The notes below the pieces were generated by a model. It worked only from the letters and a program-made list of their open reading frames with translations. It was not told the origin of the DNA and ran no database searches. From Longimicrobiales bacterium (GTDB lineage Bacteria > Gemmatimonadota > Gemmatimonadetes > Longimicrobiales > Gaopeijiaceae), in the NCBI GenBank assembly GCA_951828585.1, contig OX639991.1, forward strand, positions 898,576-962,575: 64,000 nt of DNA, written 5' to 3'. Made by a program: the position numbers and the translations under genes. This document shows positions 8,667-23,051 of this stretch, in pieces. Within the stretch, counting starts at the first letter, position 1. Each line of letters opens with the position of its first letter.

Positions 8667-9899
8667 ATGAGCACCCAACCCATGTCCTTTGGCGCCCCCC
8701 GCCTTGGCCTGCTGGCCGTCGTCGTACTCCTTCATTCCGCCTGCCTCATGGTCCCGGAGGAGGAAGTGTTCGAGATCGAATTCGTTTCCGGGGACGGGCA
8801 GATTCAGGGCAGGGAGCGTCAACTCAACGAACCGGTAGTGGTACAGGCCTTGGACGAGGATGGCCACCCTGCGTCCGGGGTCGAGCTTTCCTTTTCGACG
8901 GACCCCCCCAGCGGAAGTGTCGACTTCAACAGCGTCACCACGGATTCAATCGGCAGAGCATCCGTCTGGTGGACACTGGGCGATCTCGTCGGACGGCAAA
9001 TCCTGACCGTCAGGAGTCGGACTCTCGGCGCCGCGATCTCGGCCACGGCCCGCGAAAGCGACTTCGATGTCCATCTTGTGACGGACCCGGGCTTTACGCC
9101 GGAACAGGTGGAGGCCATGCGGGCCGGAACGGAGCGGTGGACCGATGTCATCACGGGCGATATTCCGGATTTCCGGTTGCCGCCGGACTACCGACCCCCC
9201 AGTCGATGCCTGGACGCGAAGAAGCCGACATCAGGGGCGATCGACGACATGCGAATCGAAGTCAGGATTCGGGCGGACCTGTCTGCCCCGATGGTCCTGG
9301 CCTTCTGTGAAGCCACGGAATCCCCAGTGTCCCTCCGTCCCTTCTGGCTGTATATCCAGGTCACGCCGAGCTTCGTCCAGAGGCTCCACTCCGAATCCCG
9401 CCTGCGGGAGTGGATGGCGCACACCACCGGTCACGGGCTGGGATACGGACTCTTCTGGGGATCGCTGCTCCACAATCCGGTCGATGAGGCGGGGGTCGGC
9501 GCGGATACCCATTTCCCCGATCCGGCCACGGTTGCCGCGTTCGACGCCGCCGGTGGGGCCGCATGGACCGAGGGCACAAAGGTGCCGGTGGAGAACGCGG
9601 AGGAGAACCGGGACATCCACTGGAGGGGCGACGTGCTGGGCCACGAGATCATGAGCAGCTGGTACACCATGGGGATGCCGGGCGACAATCCGCCTCTGAG
9701 CGCGATCACGGTGCAGGCCATGGCCGCGCTTGGATATGAAGTGGACGTGAGTATGGCGGATCCCTACACCCTGCCTGCAACCGGGACGATGGCCGAGTGG
9801 GACTTGGAGCCCCATGGTCCGGGAGGCTGGCCCGTCCACGGCGAGCCGGCCGAACTGATCTACGACCGGGGCCATATCGTGGGCATTGTGTATCGGTAG
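8667..9899 (+). CDS. Lipoprotein with an N-terminal Ig-like (Big_1-like) domain and a metzincin-like C-terminal domain lacking the catalytic Glu
   Basis: ATG at 8667. Lipobox 'LLHSAC'. 'FVSGDGQIQGRERQLNEPVVVQALDEDGHP..' is Ig-like. 'AHTTGHGLGYG' resembles HExxHxxG with E replaced by T. Confidence 0.55.
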   Translation: MSTQPMSFGAPRLGLLAVVVLLHSACLMVPEEEVFEIEFVSGDGQIQGRERQLNEPVVVQALDEDGHPASGVELSFSTDPPSGSVDFNSVTTDSIGRASVWWTLGDLVGRQILTVRSRTLGAAISATARESDFDVHLVTDPGFTPEQVEAMRAGTERWTDVITGDIPDFRLPPDYRPPSRCLDAKKPTSGAIDDMRIEVRIRADLSAPMVLAFCEATESPVSLRPFWLYIQVTPSFVQRLHSESRLREWMAHTTGHGLGYGLFWGSLLHNPVDEAGVGADTHFPDPATVAAFDAAGGAAWTEGTKVPVENAEENRDIHWRGDVLGHEIMSSWYTMGMPGDNPPLSAITVQAMAALGYEVDVSMADPYTLPATGTMAEWDLEPHGPGGWPVHGEPAELIYDRGHIVGIVYR

Positions 9900-9909
9900 G
9901 TCCCTGCCA

Positions 9910-10551
9910 CTACCCGCGATTCCCCGGCGGGCGGTGGACGCGCGGGGGCGGGACGAAGTTGGCGAGGCACTCCAGGAGCTCGAGAGGCGTGAGCGCCAAC
10001 TCGGTGCGACCGTTGATGCCGGGTTTCGGGAAGCGGTACAGGAGCCGGCATTCGGGTGACTCGAGAGGAGGAGTGGAGTCGAGGGCGTGTAGTCGTTCGA
10101 GGGCGAAGGGCGGGCGAGCGCAGTATCGGACGAGGCGCTCGATGCCCGCTCGGTCCTCGCCCTCGATGCGCACCGACGCGTCGACGCTGAACCCGCCGGA
10201 GCCTTGCCAGGCGAGCATGCCGGCCGCGTCGAAGTCGTCGAGAAGGTCGTGGCGGCGAAAGTATCGAAGGACTCGGGCGCGGAGGGTGGTTTCGAGATGA
10301 CGGATGCGATCGGACGTCAGCTCGGAGGCTTCGTGGAAGTCGGCCTTACCGTCCTTGGCCTCACCGAACACGCCGTCGAGGACGATGAGGTGGTAGTGAG
10401 GGTGGACGTTGAGGGAAGAACCGAAGCGGTGAAGGAAGCTGACGGCTCCGGGCTGGGCGTCAGGGGGTGCTCGGGGGCTGCGGGGTAGCCTTCCGCGACC
10501 GGCGCGGATCCGAAGGGCGGGGGCGAAGGCGCGGCACCCGTGTGCCCGCAA
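9910..10551 (-). pseudogene. IS91-family (Y2/HUH) transposase remnant
   Basis: 'FLHRFGSSLNVHPHYHLIVLDGVF' is the HUH motif region, and 'RLVRYCARPPFALERL' is also IS91-like. Homology stops at '..PPPRVHR', before the catalytic Tyr pair. No N-terminal zinc domain. Confidence 0.7.
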
Positions 10552-10873
10552 CCGGGATCCGCTGGTTTACTATCGGCGGATCGAAGCCCGAAACCCTTGC
10601 AGAACGGCGCTTGGCCCCCATCTTGGGGCCTGTGATCCGGTCTCTCGTCCGGGTGAGCCGGATCGCCCGGAATCAAGTTCCGCGGTGGGGCTTGGTCGAT
10701 AACCCGGGGTCAATAGAGCGGGATAGATGAAGGGGAATATCAGACGAGTTGCGGGCTCCACTCTGCACCGGGTGACGCGCCCCGTCCCCGCCGCGAGTCT
10801 TCCGCTGCCGTCACGACGTCAGGCCGATCGTCCGCAACTCCGCCGCCGCAGCTCGCACGATGCCCTCCGGGTG

Positions 10874-11896
10874 ATGGGGTGCACCATGCTCTTCGCGGCC
10901 TGCACGGCGGCGCCCGACCAGGACCGCCCTAGCGGACCGCCGTGGGAGATCCCGGTGGTGGTGGTGCGCTATCTCCCCACGAGCGACGGTGACGTGGTCG
11001 ATCGATCGGCCACCGGCGACTGGGGTGAGTCCATAGCCGACACGCGCCGGAAGACGGATTCCCTCACCGCGGCGCTCGTCGCGGCGCTCGGGGACGGATC
11101 GCGGTATCGCGCCTATGTCGACTCGGCCGCACCTCCCAGCCTGCGCTACCACGTGGTCCACACGGAGGAACGGCTCGAACCCCTGCCCACCTTTGACAAA
11201 CCCGGGCACGACGTGCCGATGACGGACTATGCCGCGATCGCGGCCGCTCTTGACATCGTCGGCTGGGTTGAGGACGAGGGCGTGAAGGAAGTGTGGATCT
11301 GGGGCTATCACGGCGGCGTCATCGACCTGTGGGAGTCCAACATGGCCGGTCCCTGGGGAGACGTGAGCAACAGCGATCGCGATACCCTCGACCTGCCCGT
11401 GACCAGCCGTACCTATACGGTGTACCACTACAACTATCAGCGCGGTCTGCCGGAAGCGGTCGAAAACCATATGCACCAGCTGGAGGCAGTGGTGAACGCC
11501 GCGGACGGGCGCGATTCGACGCCCGGCGATGCCTGGAGCGACCTGTTGTTCTGGGGCAAATTCGTGGGCAGTGACATCTCGCACCGTATCGTGAGTCCGC
11601 GGTGTGGGTGGTCGCACTTTCCGCCGAACGCCGAGCGAGATTACGACTGGGCGAATCAGCGGTTCGTCGAGAGCGATTGCGAAGATTGGCGTCCCGACCG
11701 CATGGGCGCCACGCAGCGGACGAATTGCGAGCGGTGGGGGTGCACGAGCCTGGGCTGGTTCCGATACTGGACCCACAACATTCCGGGCGCCGGCCACACA
11801 CTGTCGTACGGCGGCAGGCCGCTGACCAATTGGTGGCGGTTGATTGGGGACTACGACGGGGCCATGCGCGAGGGGTACGGTCTGGTGGTACGATGA
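10874..11896 (+). CDS. Hypothetical lipoprotein, Trp/Cys/His-rich, unknown function
   Basis: ATG at 10874, lipobox 'LFAAC'. Conserved-looking blocks 'EVWIWGYHGG', 'ENHMHQLE', 'PRCGWSHFPPNAERDYDW', 'CEDWRPD', 'CERWGC'. No family recognised. Confidence 0.55.
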   Translation: MGCTMLFAACTAAPDQDRPSGPPWEIPVVVVRYLPTSDGDVVDRSATGDWGESIADTRRKTDSLTAALVAALGDGSRYRAYVDSAAPPSLRYHVVHTEERLEPLPTFDKPGHDVPMTDYAAIAAALDIVGWVEDEGVKEVWIWGYHGGVIDLWESNMAGPWGDVSNSDRDTLDLPVTSRTYTVYHYNYQRGLPEAVENHMHQLEAVVNAADGRDSTPGDAWSDLLFWGKFVGSDISHRIVSPRCGWSHFPPNAERDYDWANQRFVESDCEDWRPDRMGATQRTNCERWGCTSLGWFRYWTHNIPGAGHTLSYGGRPLTNWWRLIGDYDGAMREGYGLVVR

Positions 11897-12061
11897 CCGC
11901 GGGCGCCACGGCGCCCACCACAGGCGATCGACTCGAGGCTCTCGGGCGGAGATCCTCGAAGAGAGGGTCACGGACTTTCTAGCCGTCGCGCCGGGCTGGC
12001 GGCGGCCGGGCCCCAAGAGGACACGCAGTACTCGCGCCCGTCTCCCGACGCATGACGCCCG

Positions 12062-12397
12062 TCATCGCTGATGGCGACGATCGCGCGGGCGGAAAAGGCG
12101 GAGGCCGGAGCGACAATGGCGCCCATGTCCATCCACTGGCTCGTCAAGGCAACCGAACAAGACGAGCGAGAGAAGGGGGGCGAGGATCCGAGCGGCGTTG
12201 CCCGGCTTGAGCTGTGCGAAGAGCGGGCGTCCGGCGCACAGGATGTACAGCGGCAGGAGGCAGTAGTGGCCGTAGTAGCCGTGGTAGAACCGGCCCTCCT
12301 GCCGGCCGTGCACCGGATCGTCGGTCGAGTCGATGTCCAGCACCAGCCGCTCCGGGGGCAGGCCCTGCCAGGAGTCGATGAACAACTCGGCCAGCAC
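12062..12397 (-). pseudogene. IS1380-family DDE transposase fragment
   Basis: 'LVLDIDSTDDPVHGRQEGRFYHGYYGHYCLLPLYI' is the first-Asp region typical of IS1380 transposases. Truncated at both ends. The C-terminal about 45 aa of the ORF look non-homologous. Confidence 0.6.
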
Positions 12398-12478
12398 GTC
12401 CTGGAGCTTTCTCGGGGTCGTGGTCGATCTTGCGGTAGCGATCGGGCCGGTGCCTACTGGTGGGTGTGAGAAATCCAG

Positions 12479-17943
<5,465 letters not shown>

Positions 17944-18016
17944 GACCCAAGTCCCCCGGACGCTGACCGCACCGACGATCACGACAGATCCCTCCCGCTC
18001 AGGAGAAACCCGCCCC

Positions 18017-18565
18017 ATGCGCCGAGTCGTCTCGACCCTCGCCATGCTCAAAGCCGTCACCCTCACAACCTGCACCCCTCCAGCGGAGGAACCCACGCCC
18101 CCACCCACCGAACAATCCGCCCCCACCCCCCGCCACATCCCCTCCGACGCCGACCGCGCCGCCATCCTCTCCGTCGTCCAGTCCCTCTTCGACGCCCTCG
18201 CCGAACGCGACGGCGAAACCCTGCGCGCACTGCTACACCCCGATGTCGTGATGCGCTCGGTCGAGGTCGCGAGCGACGGCCAACGGGCCATCGCGACCTC
18301 CACGGTGGACGACCTCGTCGCACGCGTCGAGGGCAGCGAAGAGGTTCTCACCGAGCGCATGTTCGATCCGGAAGTACGCATCAGCGGGGACCTGGCGATG
18401 GTGTGGACGCCCTACGATTTCTACGTGGGCGACACGCTGAGCCACTGTGGCGCCGACGTCTTCGTGCTGGTCCGCGAAGACGATACATGGCGGGTGACGG
18501 GCCTGTCCTGGACGCGCCAGCAACCGCCCGCCTGCGATCTCCACCCGGACGGGCCACCGGCCTGA
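18017..18565 (+). CDS. NTF2/SnoaL-like (DUF4440-like) lipoprotein
   Basis: ATG at 18017 with AGGAG at 18001. Lipobox-like 'VTLTTC'. Core 'ILSVVQSLFDALAERDGETLRALLHPDVV..GDLAMVWTPYDFYV..' is typical of SnoaL-like folds. Confidence 0.6.
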   Translation: MRRVVSTLAMLKAVTLTTCTPPAEEPTPPPTEQSAPTPRHIPSDADRAAILSVVQSLFDALAERDGETLRALLHPDVVMRSVEVASDGQRAIATSTVDDLVARVEGSEEVLTERMFDPEVRISGDLAMVWTPYDFYVGDTLSHCGADVFVLVREDDTWRVTGLSWTRQQPPACDLHPDGPPA

Positions 18566-18595
18566 CAGACGGACCGGAGTACCGCGGTCCCTCGA

Positions 18596-18623
18596 TTGAC
18601 ATGTAATGTCGGCATTACATAAT
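18596..18623 (+). promoter_or_regulatory. Near-consensus sigma-70-type promoter (TTGACA-N16-CATAAT) between convergent genes
   Basis: TTGACA at 18596-18601 and CATAAT at 18618-18623, in an AT-rich island. No annotated + strand gene lies downstream; transcription would run antisense into the thioesterase gene. Confidence 0.3.
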
Positions 18624-18645
18624 GTACACTGCAATTTACATTATG
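18618..18645. repeat. AT-rich palindrome CATAATGTA-N10-TACATTATG (site a)
   Basis: Perfect 9-bp arms. Adjacent second palindrome ATGTAATG-tcgg-CATTACAT at 18602-18621. Four TTACAT/ATGTAA hexamers within 45 bp. Confidence 0.8.
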
Positions 18646-18680
18646 CTCCGTGAGGGCTTCACTTTGCGTAGCTCGTCGAA

Positions 18681-19136
18681 CTACCCGTCCCGGCCCACGA
18701 CCTCGAGAAACTCCTCTTCGTCCACCACCACGAACGTGCCCGTCGCCGTCGCCACCACCTTCCCATCCGACTCCCGGGTCGCCTTCGCCTCCATCTCCAC
18801 CACCTTCCGCCTGCGCCCGGTCGGCCGCCCCGACAGCAGCAACCTCTCCCCCGGCGCGGCCGGTTCCCGGTAGCGGATCTCGCATCGCGCCGTGTACGCG
18901 CGGGCCCCGCGCAGGTACAGCCAGTTGGCCATGACATCGTCCAGTGCGCTGTAGAGCATCCCGCCGTGAACCACTCCCGGGTAGCCGACGTGGTTCGGGC
19001 CGGGAGTAAACTCGGAGACGCAGGCGCCGTCCTCCAGCCGGAAGACCAGATGCAGCCCTATCGGGTTGTCCGGGCCGCAGACGAAGCACTCGTTCGCGGG
19101 GCGTGGACCACGAGGTCTCGAGTCGCTCGTCATCAT
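18681..19136 (-). CDS. PaaI/4HBT-family hotdog-fold thioesterase
   Basis: ATG at 19136 (ATGATG). 'CFVCGPDNPIGLHLVF...GYPGVVHGGMLYSALDDVMA' is the PaaI-type motif. Confidence 0.75.
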   Translation of the reverse strand: MMTSDSRPRGPRPANECFVCGPDNPIGLHLVFRLEDGACVSEFTPGPNHVGYPGVVHGGMLYSALDDVMANWLYLRGARAYTARCEIRYREPAAPGERLLLSGRPTGRRRKVVEMEAKATRESDGKVVATATGTFVVVDEEEFLEVVGRDG

Positions 19137-19687
19137 CGCGTCCACACTTCGTCCACGATCTCGTCCTCCGCAGCGCTGTGGAAGGTGACCGTCGCCCAGT
19201 CCCGGCCTTCGCCCGCCTCCGGGTAGTGCCAGACTCCGGCGGGTACGATATCCCAGCATCGGGCAAGATCGAAATCGTCCGGGCACCCGTCTTCCGGCGC
19301 GCCGCCCGCGACGGGACTGCAGATCTCCCGGGGCCTGAGTCCGAAGGGCCCGCAATCGGGAGCCCCCTGGTGGATCCATCCGCTGCCGCCCCACGAAACC
19401 AGCCGCTGCACGCTGTTGCTATGGCGCTCCGGCGCCGCCATCCGGGCACCACTTCGCAACAGGAAGAGGCGGCAAAGGCGGACGGGATCCTCCATTGGCG
19501 TGATCGAATCCCCCACAAACAACTCCACCGGGATCACGGACGCCGCGTGAGGGAGATCGGATCTCTCCTCCAGCACCGAATCCAGCTCCTCGAAGGCAGC
19601 CACCAGCACGGCTCCCACCTCGGGGCAACCGAAGACCCGCTCATGTAGCCGGCGCAGCAATGGCAGCGAGCCCCCGTCCGGCTTCAT
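19133..19687 (-). CDS. Hypothetical protein, translationally coupled to the thioesterase
   Basis: ATG at 19687 (GTG alternative at 19696). Its stop overlaps the thioesterase start (ATGA at 19133-19136). No family recognised. Confidence 0.5.
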   Translation of the reverse strand: MKPDGGSLPLLRRLHERVFGCPEVGAVLVAAFEELDSVLEERSDLPHAASVIPVELFVGDSITPMEDPVRLCRLFLLRSGARMAAPERHSNSVQRLVSWGGSGWIHQGAPDCGPFGLRPREICSPVAGGAPEDGCPDDFDLARCWDIVPAGVWHYPEAGEGRDWATVTFHSAAEDEIVDEVWTR

Positions 19688-19757
19688 CGGCCGCACCGGT
19701 GCCGTTGAAAGCCCTGAACCCGGGATGCCACGCCCGGCGCCGACCCGCGATCCACCG

Positions 19758-20510
19758 TCACGACCCCGCCTCCCGCACCCGCTCCGCCGCCCGCCCCCAC
19801 ACCGCGTCGAACATCTCCTCCGTCAGCCTCCCGGTAAACGTGTTCTGCTGACTGGGGTGATACGACCCGAGCAGCACCACCTTCCCCAAATCCACCTCCG
19901 CCCCATGACCGAACTTCGGCCGCGGCCTGGGAATCGCGACCCCCCGCTCCGCCAGCGTTCTGAGCACGACCGCATGCGCAAACCCTCCCAGCGCCACAAC
20001 GGTGTGCAGCCGCTCCCACATGATCTCCACCTCGCGGCGCAGAAAGTCGGCGCACCGATCCCGTTCGCCGGTCGTCGGCCGGTTTCCCGGCGGCGCGCAC
20101 CGAACCCCCGCCGTCACATACGCCCCCTTCAGCACGAGTCCGTCCTGCCGGTCCCGGCTCAACGCCTGGTTGGCAAACCCGGCCCTGTGCATGGCCCCGA
20201 ATAGCCAGTCCCCCGCCCGATCTCCCGTAAACATGCGTCCCGTCCGGTTCGCCCCATGCGCCGCCGGTGCCAGCCCGACCACCATCACCGAAGCCTCCGG
20301 GTCTCCGAACCCGGGAACAGGCCTGCCCCAATACCCATCGTCCCGGTACGCGGCGCGCTTCTCCCGCGCCACCTTCTCGCGCCACGCGACCAGACGCGGA
20401 CACCGCCGGCACCCGATCAGCTCTTCGCGCAGACGGCCGAGTTCGGCGGCAAAGGTCGAGCTCCCGACGCAGGCACATCCTTGCTCGATTGCCGGGAGGG
20501 TTTCTTCCAC
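19758..20510 (-). CDS. Uracil-DNA glycosylase, family 5 (UdgB-type, Fe-S)
   Basis: 'CRRCPRL' Fe-S cysteines and 'VVGLAPAAHGANRTGRMFTGDRAGDWLF' (GLAPA motif of family 5 rather than GEAPG of family 4). GTG start at 20510. Confidence 0.85.
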   Translation of the reverse strand: MEETLPAIEQGCACVGSSTFAAELGRLREELIGCRRCPRLVAWREKVAREKRAAYRDDGYWGRPVPGFGDPEASVMVVGLAPAAHGANRTGRMFTGDRAGDWLFGAMHRAGFANQALSRDRQDGLVLKGAYVTAGVRCAPPGNRPTTGERDRCADFLRREVEIMWERLHTVVALGGFAHAVVLRTLAERGVAIPRPRPKFGHGAEVDLGKVVLLGSYHPSQQNTFTGRLTEEMFDAVWGRAAERVREAGS

Positions 20511-20543
20511 GAGCTGTTCGGCGCGTCCCCGCGGACCGCCGCT

Positions 20544-21266
20544 CTACCCGCCCGCCGGATCGACGAGCGTGGCGGAGATGATATGGTCGAGGTCGGGGAA
20601 GTTCTCCTCGAGGTACGCATTCCCCTGGGAGGTGATGTTGTATGCCCGCGGTCCGGTGCCCCCCAATTCTTCAATATTCCCATACCCCGAATGGATCTGG
20701 TCCACCACGTCCATTCCTTCGCTCACCCTGCCGATCGGCGCGAAACCCTGGGCGTCAAGACCGGTATTGTCCGCGAAGTTGATGAAGAGCTGGGTCGTCC
20801 GGGAGTCGGGGCCTCCCTTTGCGTAGGTCACCGTTCCGCGGCTATTGGACGCCACGACCGAATCGTCCACGATGGTCGCACTGGACCACCGGACCTGCAC
20901 CTGCGGCTCTCCGTGCATGCCGAACTGGGCCATGAAGCCGCTCATCACCCGGTAGAAGTACACCCCGTCGTAGTAGCCGTTCTTGACCAGGTTGTAGAAG
21001 CGGTCGGCGCCTCTTGGCGCCCAGGAGCGGGTCACGTCAACGACGAAGTCGCCCTTGGTGGTCTCGAAACGCGCCTGGAAGTTCTCGGGCGCCGTTTCCA
21101 CGAGTCTGTCCGGATAGTAGAGAATGGCGTTGATTCCGGTATCGGAGGACTGTTCCTCGGTGGCTTCTGCGTCCGCGTTGTCGCCGCCCCCTCCACAACC
21201 TGTCACTGCGGTCAGCGTCAAGGGCAGGAGTGCGGTAATCGCGGCGCTCCGCATGGTGGATTGCAT
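20544..21266 (-). CDS. Cyclophilin-type peptidyl-prolyl cis-trans isomerase, lipoprotein
   Basis: ATG at 21266, lipobox 'AVTGC'. 'YYDGVYFYRVMSGFMAQFG', 'GTVTYAKGGPDSRTTQLFINF'. Confidence 0.9.
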   Translation of the reverse strand: MQSTMRSAAITALLPLTLTAVTGCGGGGDNADAEATEEQSSDTGINAILYYPDRLVETAPENFQARFETTKGDFVVDVTRSWAPRGADRFYNLVKNGYYDGVYFYRVMSGFMAQFGMHGEPQVQVRWSSATIVDDSVVASNSRGTVTYAKGGPDSRTTQLFINFADNTGLDAQGFAPIGRVSEGMDVVDQIHSGYGNIEELGGTGPRAYNITSQGNAYLEENFPDLDHIISATLVDPAGG

Positions 21267-21407
21267 GTGGCGTGGTCGTTGGCGGTGTTGCGGGGGAGTT
21301 GCTGTGAAGTTGAGAAGATAGACAGGCTGGCGGGAAACGGACAACGCGCCCGCAAGTCACCCCACCCACGGCTCAACGCGCCTCCGGTCCACCCCCGGCC
21401 CGGTTGT

Positions 21408-21437
21408 CACTCCCGTCACAGGCACTCCCGTCACAGG
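21408..21437. repeat. Perfect 2 x 15-bp tandem repeat (cactcccgtcacagg) in a divergent promoter region
   Basis: Units at 21408-21422 and 21423-21437. GTCAC pentamer occurs three times. About 130 bp upstream of the protease ATG. Confidence 0.85.
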
Positions 21438-21565
21438 AGCCCGCAGAACGACCGGGTGTTGGAGCGGGCTCTCAGTGGGCTCGTGGGACCAATTGCCCGA
21501 AATGCAGGGTAACGATATGGTCCTCAATGCACTCGTCCTGGCTGAACACCATTCAGGAGTCCCGC

Positions 21566-22984
21566 ATGAAGAGCTTCCGCCCGGCTGCACCGGTCGCGCT
21601 CGTTCTGTTCGCGGCCACATGCGGCGACACCCCCCCCTCCCAGCCCACCGGCACCCCCAACGAGCGCCCCACCGCCGCCTTCACCGTCGATGTCACCGAG
21701 GGCAACGCCCCCCTCGAAGTGCGCTTCGACGCCAGTGCCTCCACCGACCCCGATGGCCAGATCGTCAGCTACGACTGGGAGTTCGGGGACGGCAACACGG
21801 CGTCGGGCCGCACGATCACCCACACCTACGAAACGCCCGGCGCCTACACCCCCAGTCTCACCGTCACCGACGAACGGGGCGCCACCCACACCACCACCGG
21901 AGACGCGATCAGCGTTTTCCACCCGCCCGGCACCGGCGAGAACGAGATCTCCGGAGTGGTCTGGCACGACGCCGACGCCGACGGCGCACGGGACGAGGAC
22001 GAAGAGGCGATCCCCGCGTTCATCGTATTCCTGGACGAGGACGACGACGGCATCCGGGACTCCGCCGAGGTCTTCACGGTCACCAACGACGACGGCGAAT
22101 ACGCCTTCGAGGGACTCGACCACCGGCTGTCCTACACGGTCAGCCAGGAGCTTACGCTGGGGTGGACCAACACGGCGCCCGGGCTGTCGGACTCCCCCTC
22201 CGACCCCAAAATCCAGGCCATTATCGGGGGCGAAGAGGCCGAGGCGGGAGAGTTTCCCTTCCAGGTGGCCCTCGTCACCAAAAGCACCCATTCCCAGTTC
22301 TGCGGCGGGGTCTTCATTGCGCGGAACTGGGCCATGACGGCCGCCCACTGCGTCGACGGAGGCCTCGATCCGGCCTCGATCCAGGTGCTGGCCGGGACGC
22401 ACGATCTCACCGAGGGCGGCGAGTACATCGACGTGAAGCGCATCAGGATTCACCCGGACTTCTCGACCGACGCCTTCATCTCGAGCGACATGGCTCTGCT
22501 GGAACTCGACGGCGACTTCATGTATCCGCGCATCGAACTCCTTACCCCCGACCGGATCGAGATGTCCGCCCCGGGAACGACGGCCACGGTGATCGGCTGG
22601 GGCCTCACATCGGTCGGCGGTGAAGTATCGGAGATCCTCCGGAAGCTCGAGGCCGAGATCATCAGCAACGACGAATGCAAGACGCACCTCAGCGAGAACA
22701 TCCTGGAGACCACCATCTGTGCCGGGAAGCAGGGCTCCTCGGAGTCCACCTGCAATGGTGATTCAGGGGGTCCCCTGATGGTCCCGTTCCGCGGGCGCTG
22801 GCTCCAGGTCGGAATCGTGAGCTTCGGCACGAACATCTGCTACCAGCCCACCGCCTTCGCGCGGGTGTCGGCGCTGGTGGACTACCCGATCGAGGGCATA
22901 CCCCCGGAGCTTTCCGGGTCGGTCGTTGTGGACTGGAGCGACGGGGAGAACGAGGCGGTGGTCGATTTCGGGAACTTCCGGTAG
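21566..22984 (+). CDS. Secreted lipoprotein: PKD domain + SdrD-B/Cna-B-like domain + trypsin-like S1 serine protease
   Basis: ATG at 21566 with CAGGAG upstream. Lipobox 'FAATC'. PKD 'FDASASTDPDGQIVSYDWEFGDG'. Trypsin 'IIGGEEAEAGEFPFQV', 'TAAHC', 'DMALLEL', 'GDSGGPL'. Confidence 0.9.
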   Translation: MKSFRPAAPVALVLFAATCGDTPPSQPTGTPNERPTAAFTVDVTEGNAPLEVRFDASASTDPDGQIVSYDWEFGDGNTASGRTITHTYETPGAYTPSLTVTDERGATHTTTGDAISVFHPPGTGENEISGVVWHDADADGARDEDEEAIPAFIVFLDEDDDGIRDSAEVFTVTNDDGEYAFEGLDHRLSYTVSQELTLGWTNTAPGLSDSPSDPKIQAIIGGEEAEAGEFPFQVALVTKSTHSQFCGGVFIARNWAMTAAHCVDGGLDPASIQVLAGTHDLTEGGEYIDVKRIRIHPDFSTDAFISSDMALLELDGDFMYPRIELLTPDRIEMSAPGTTATVIGWGLTSVGGEVSEILRKLEAEIISNDECKTHLSENILETTICAGKQGSSESTCNGDSGGPLMVPFRGRWLQVGIVSFGTNICYQPTAFARVSALVDYPIEGIPPELSGSVVVDWSDGENEAVVDFGNFR

Positions 22985-23051
22985 CGGCCCCCCGGACCAC
23001 ACCCTCGCCTGCGACAGGGGAGAAGTTCGTCGGCAAACCGCCCAGGCCCTG

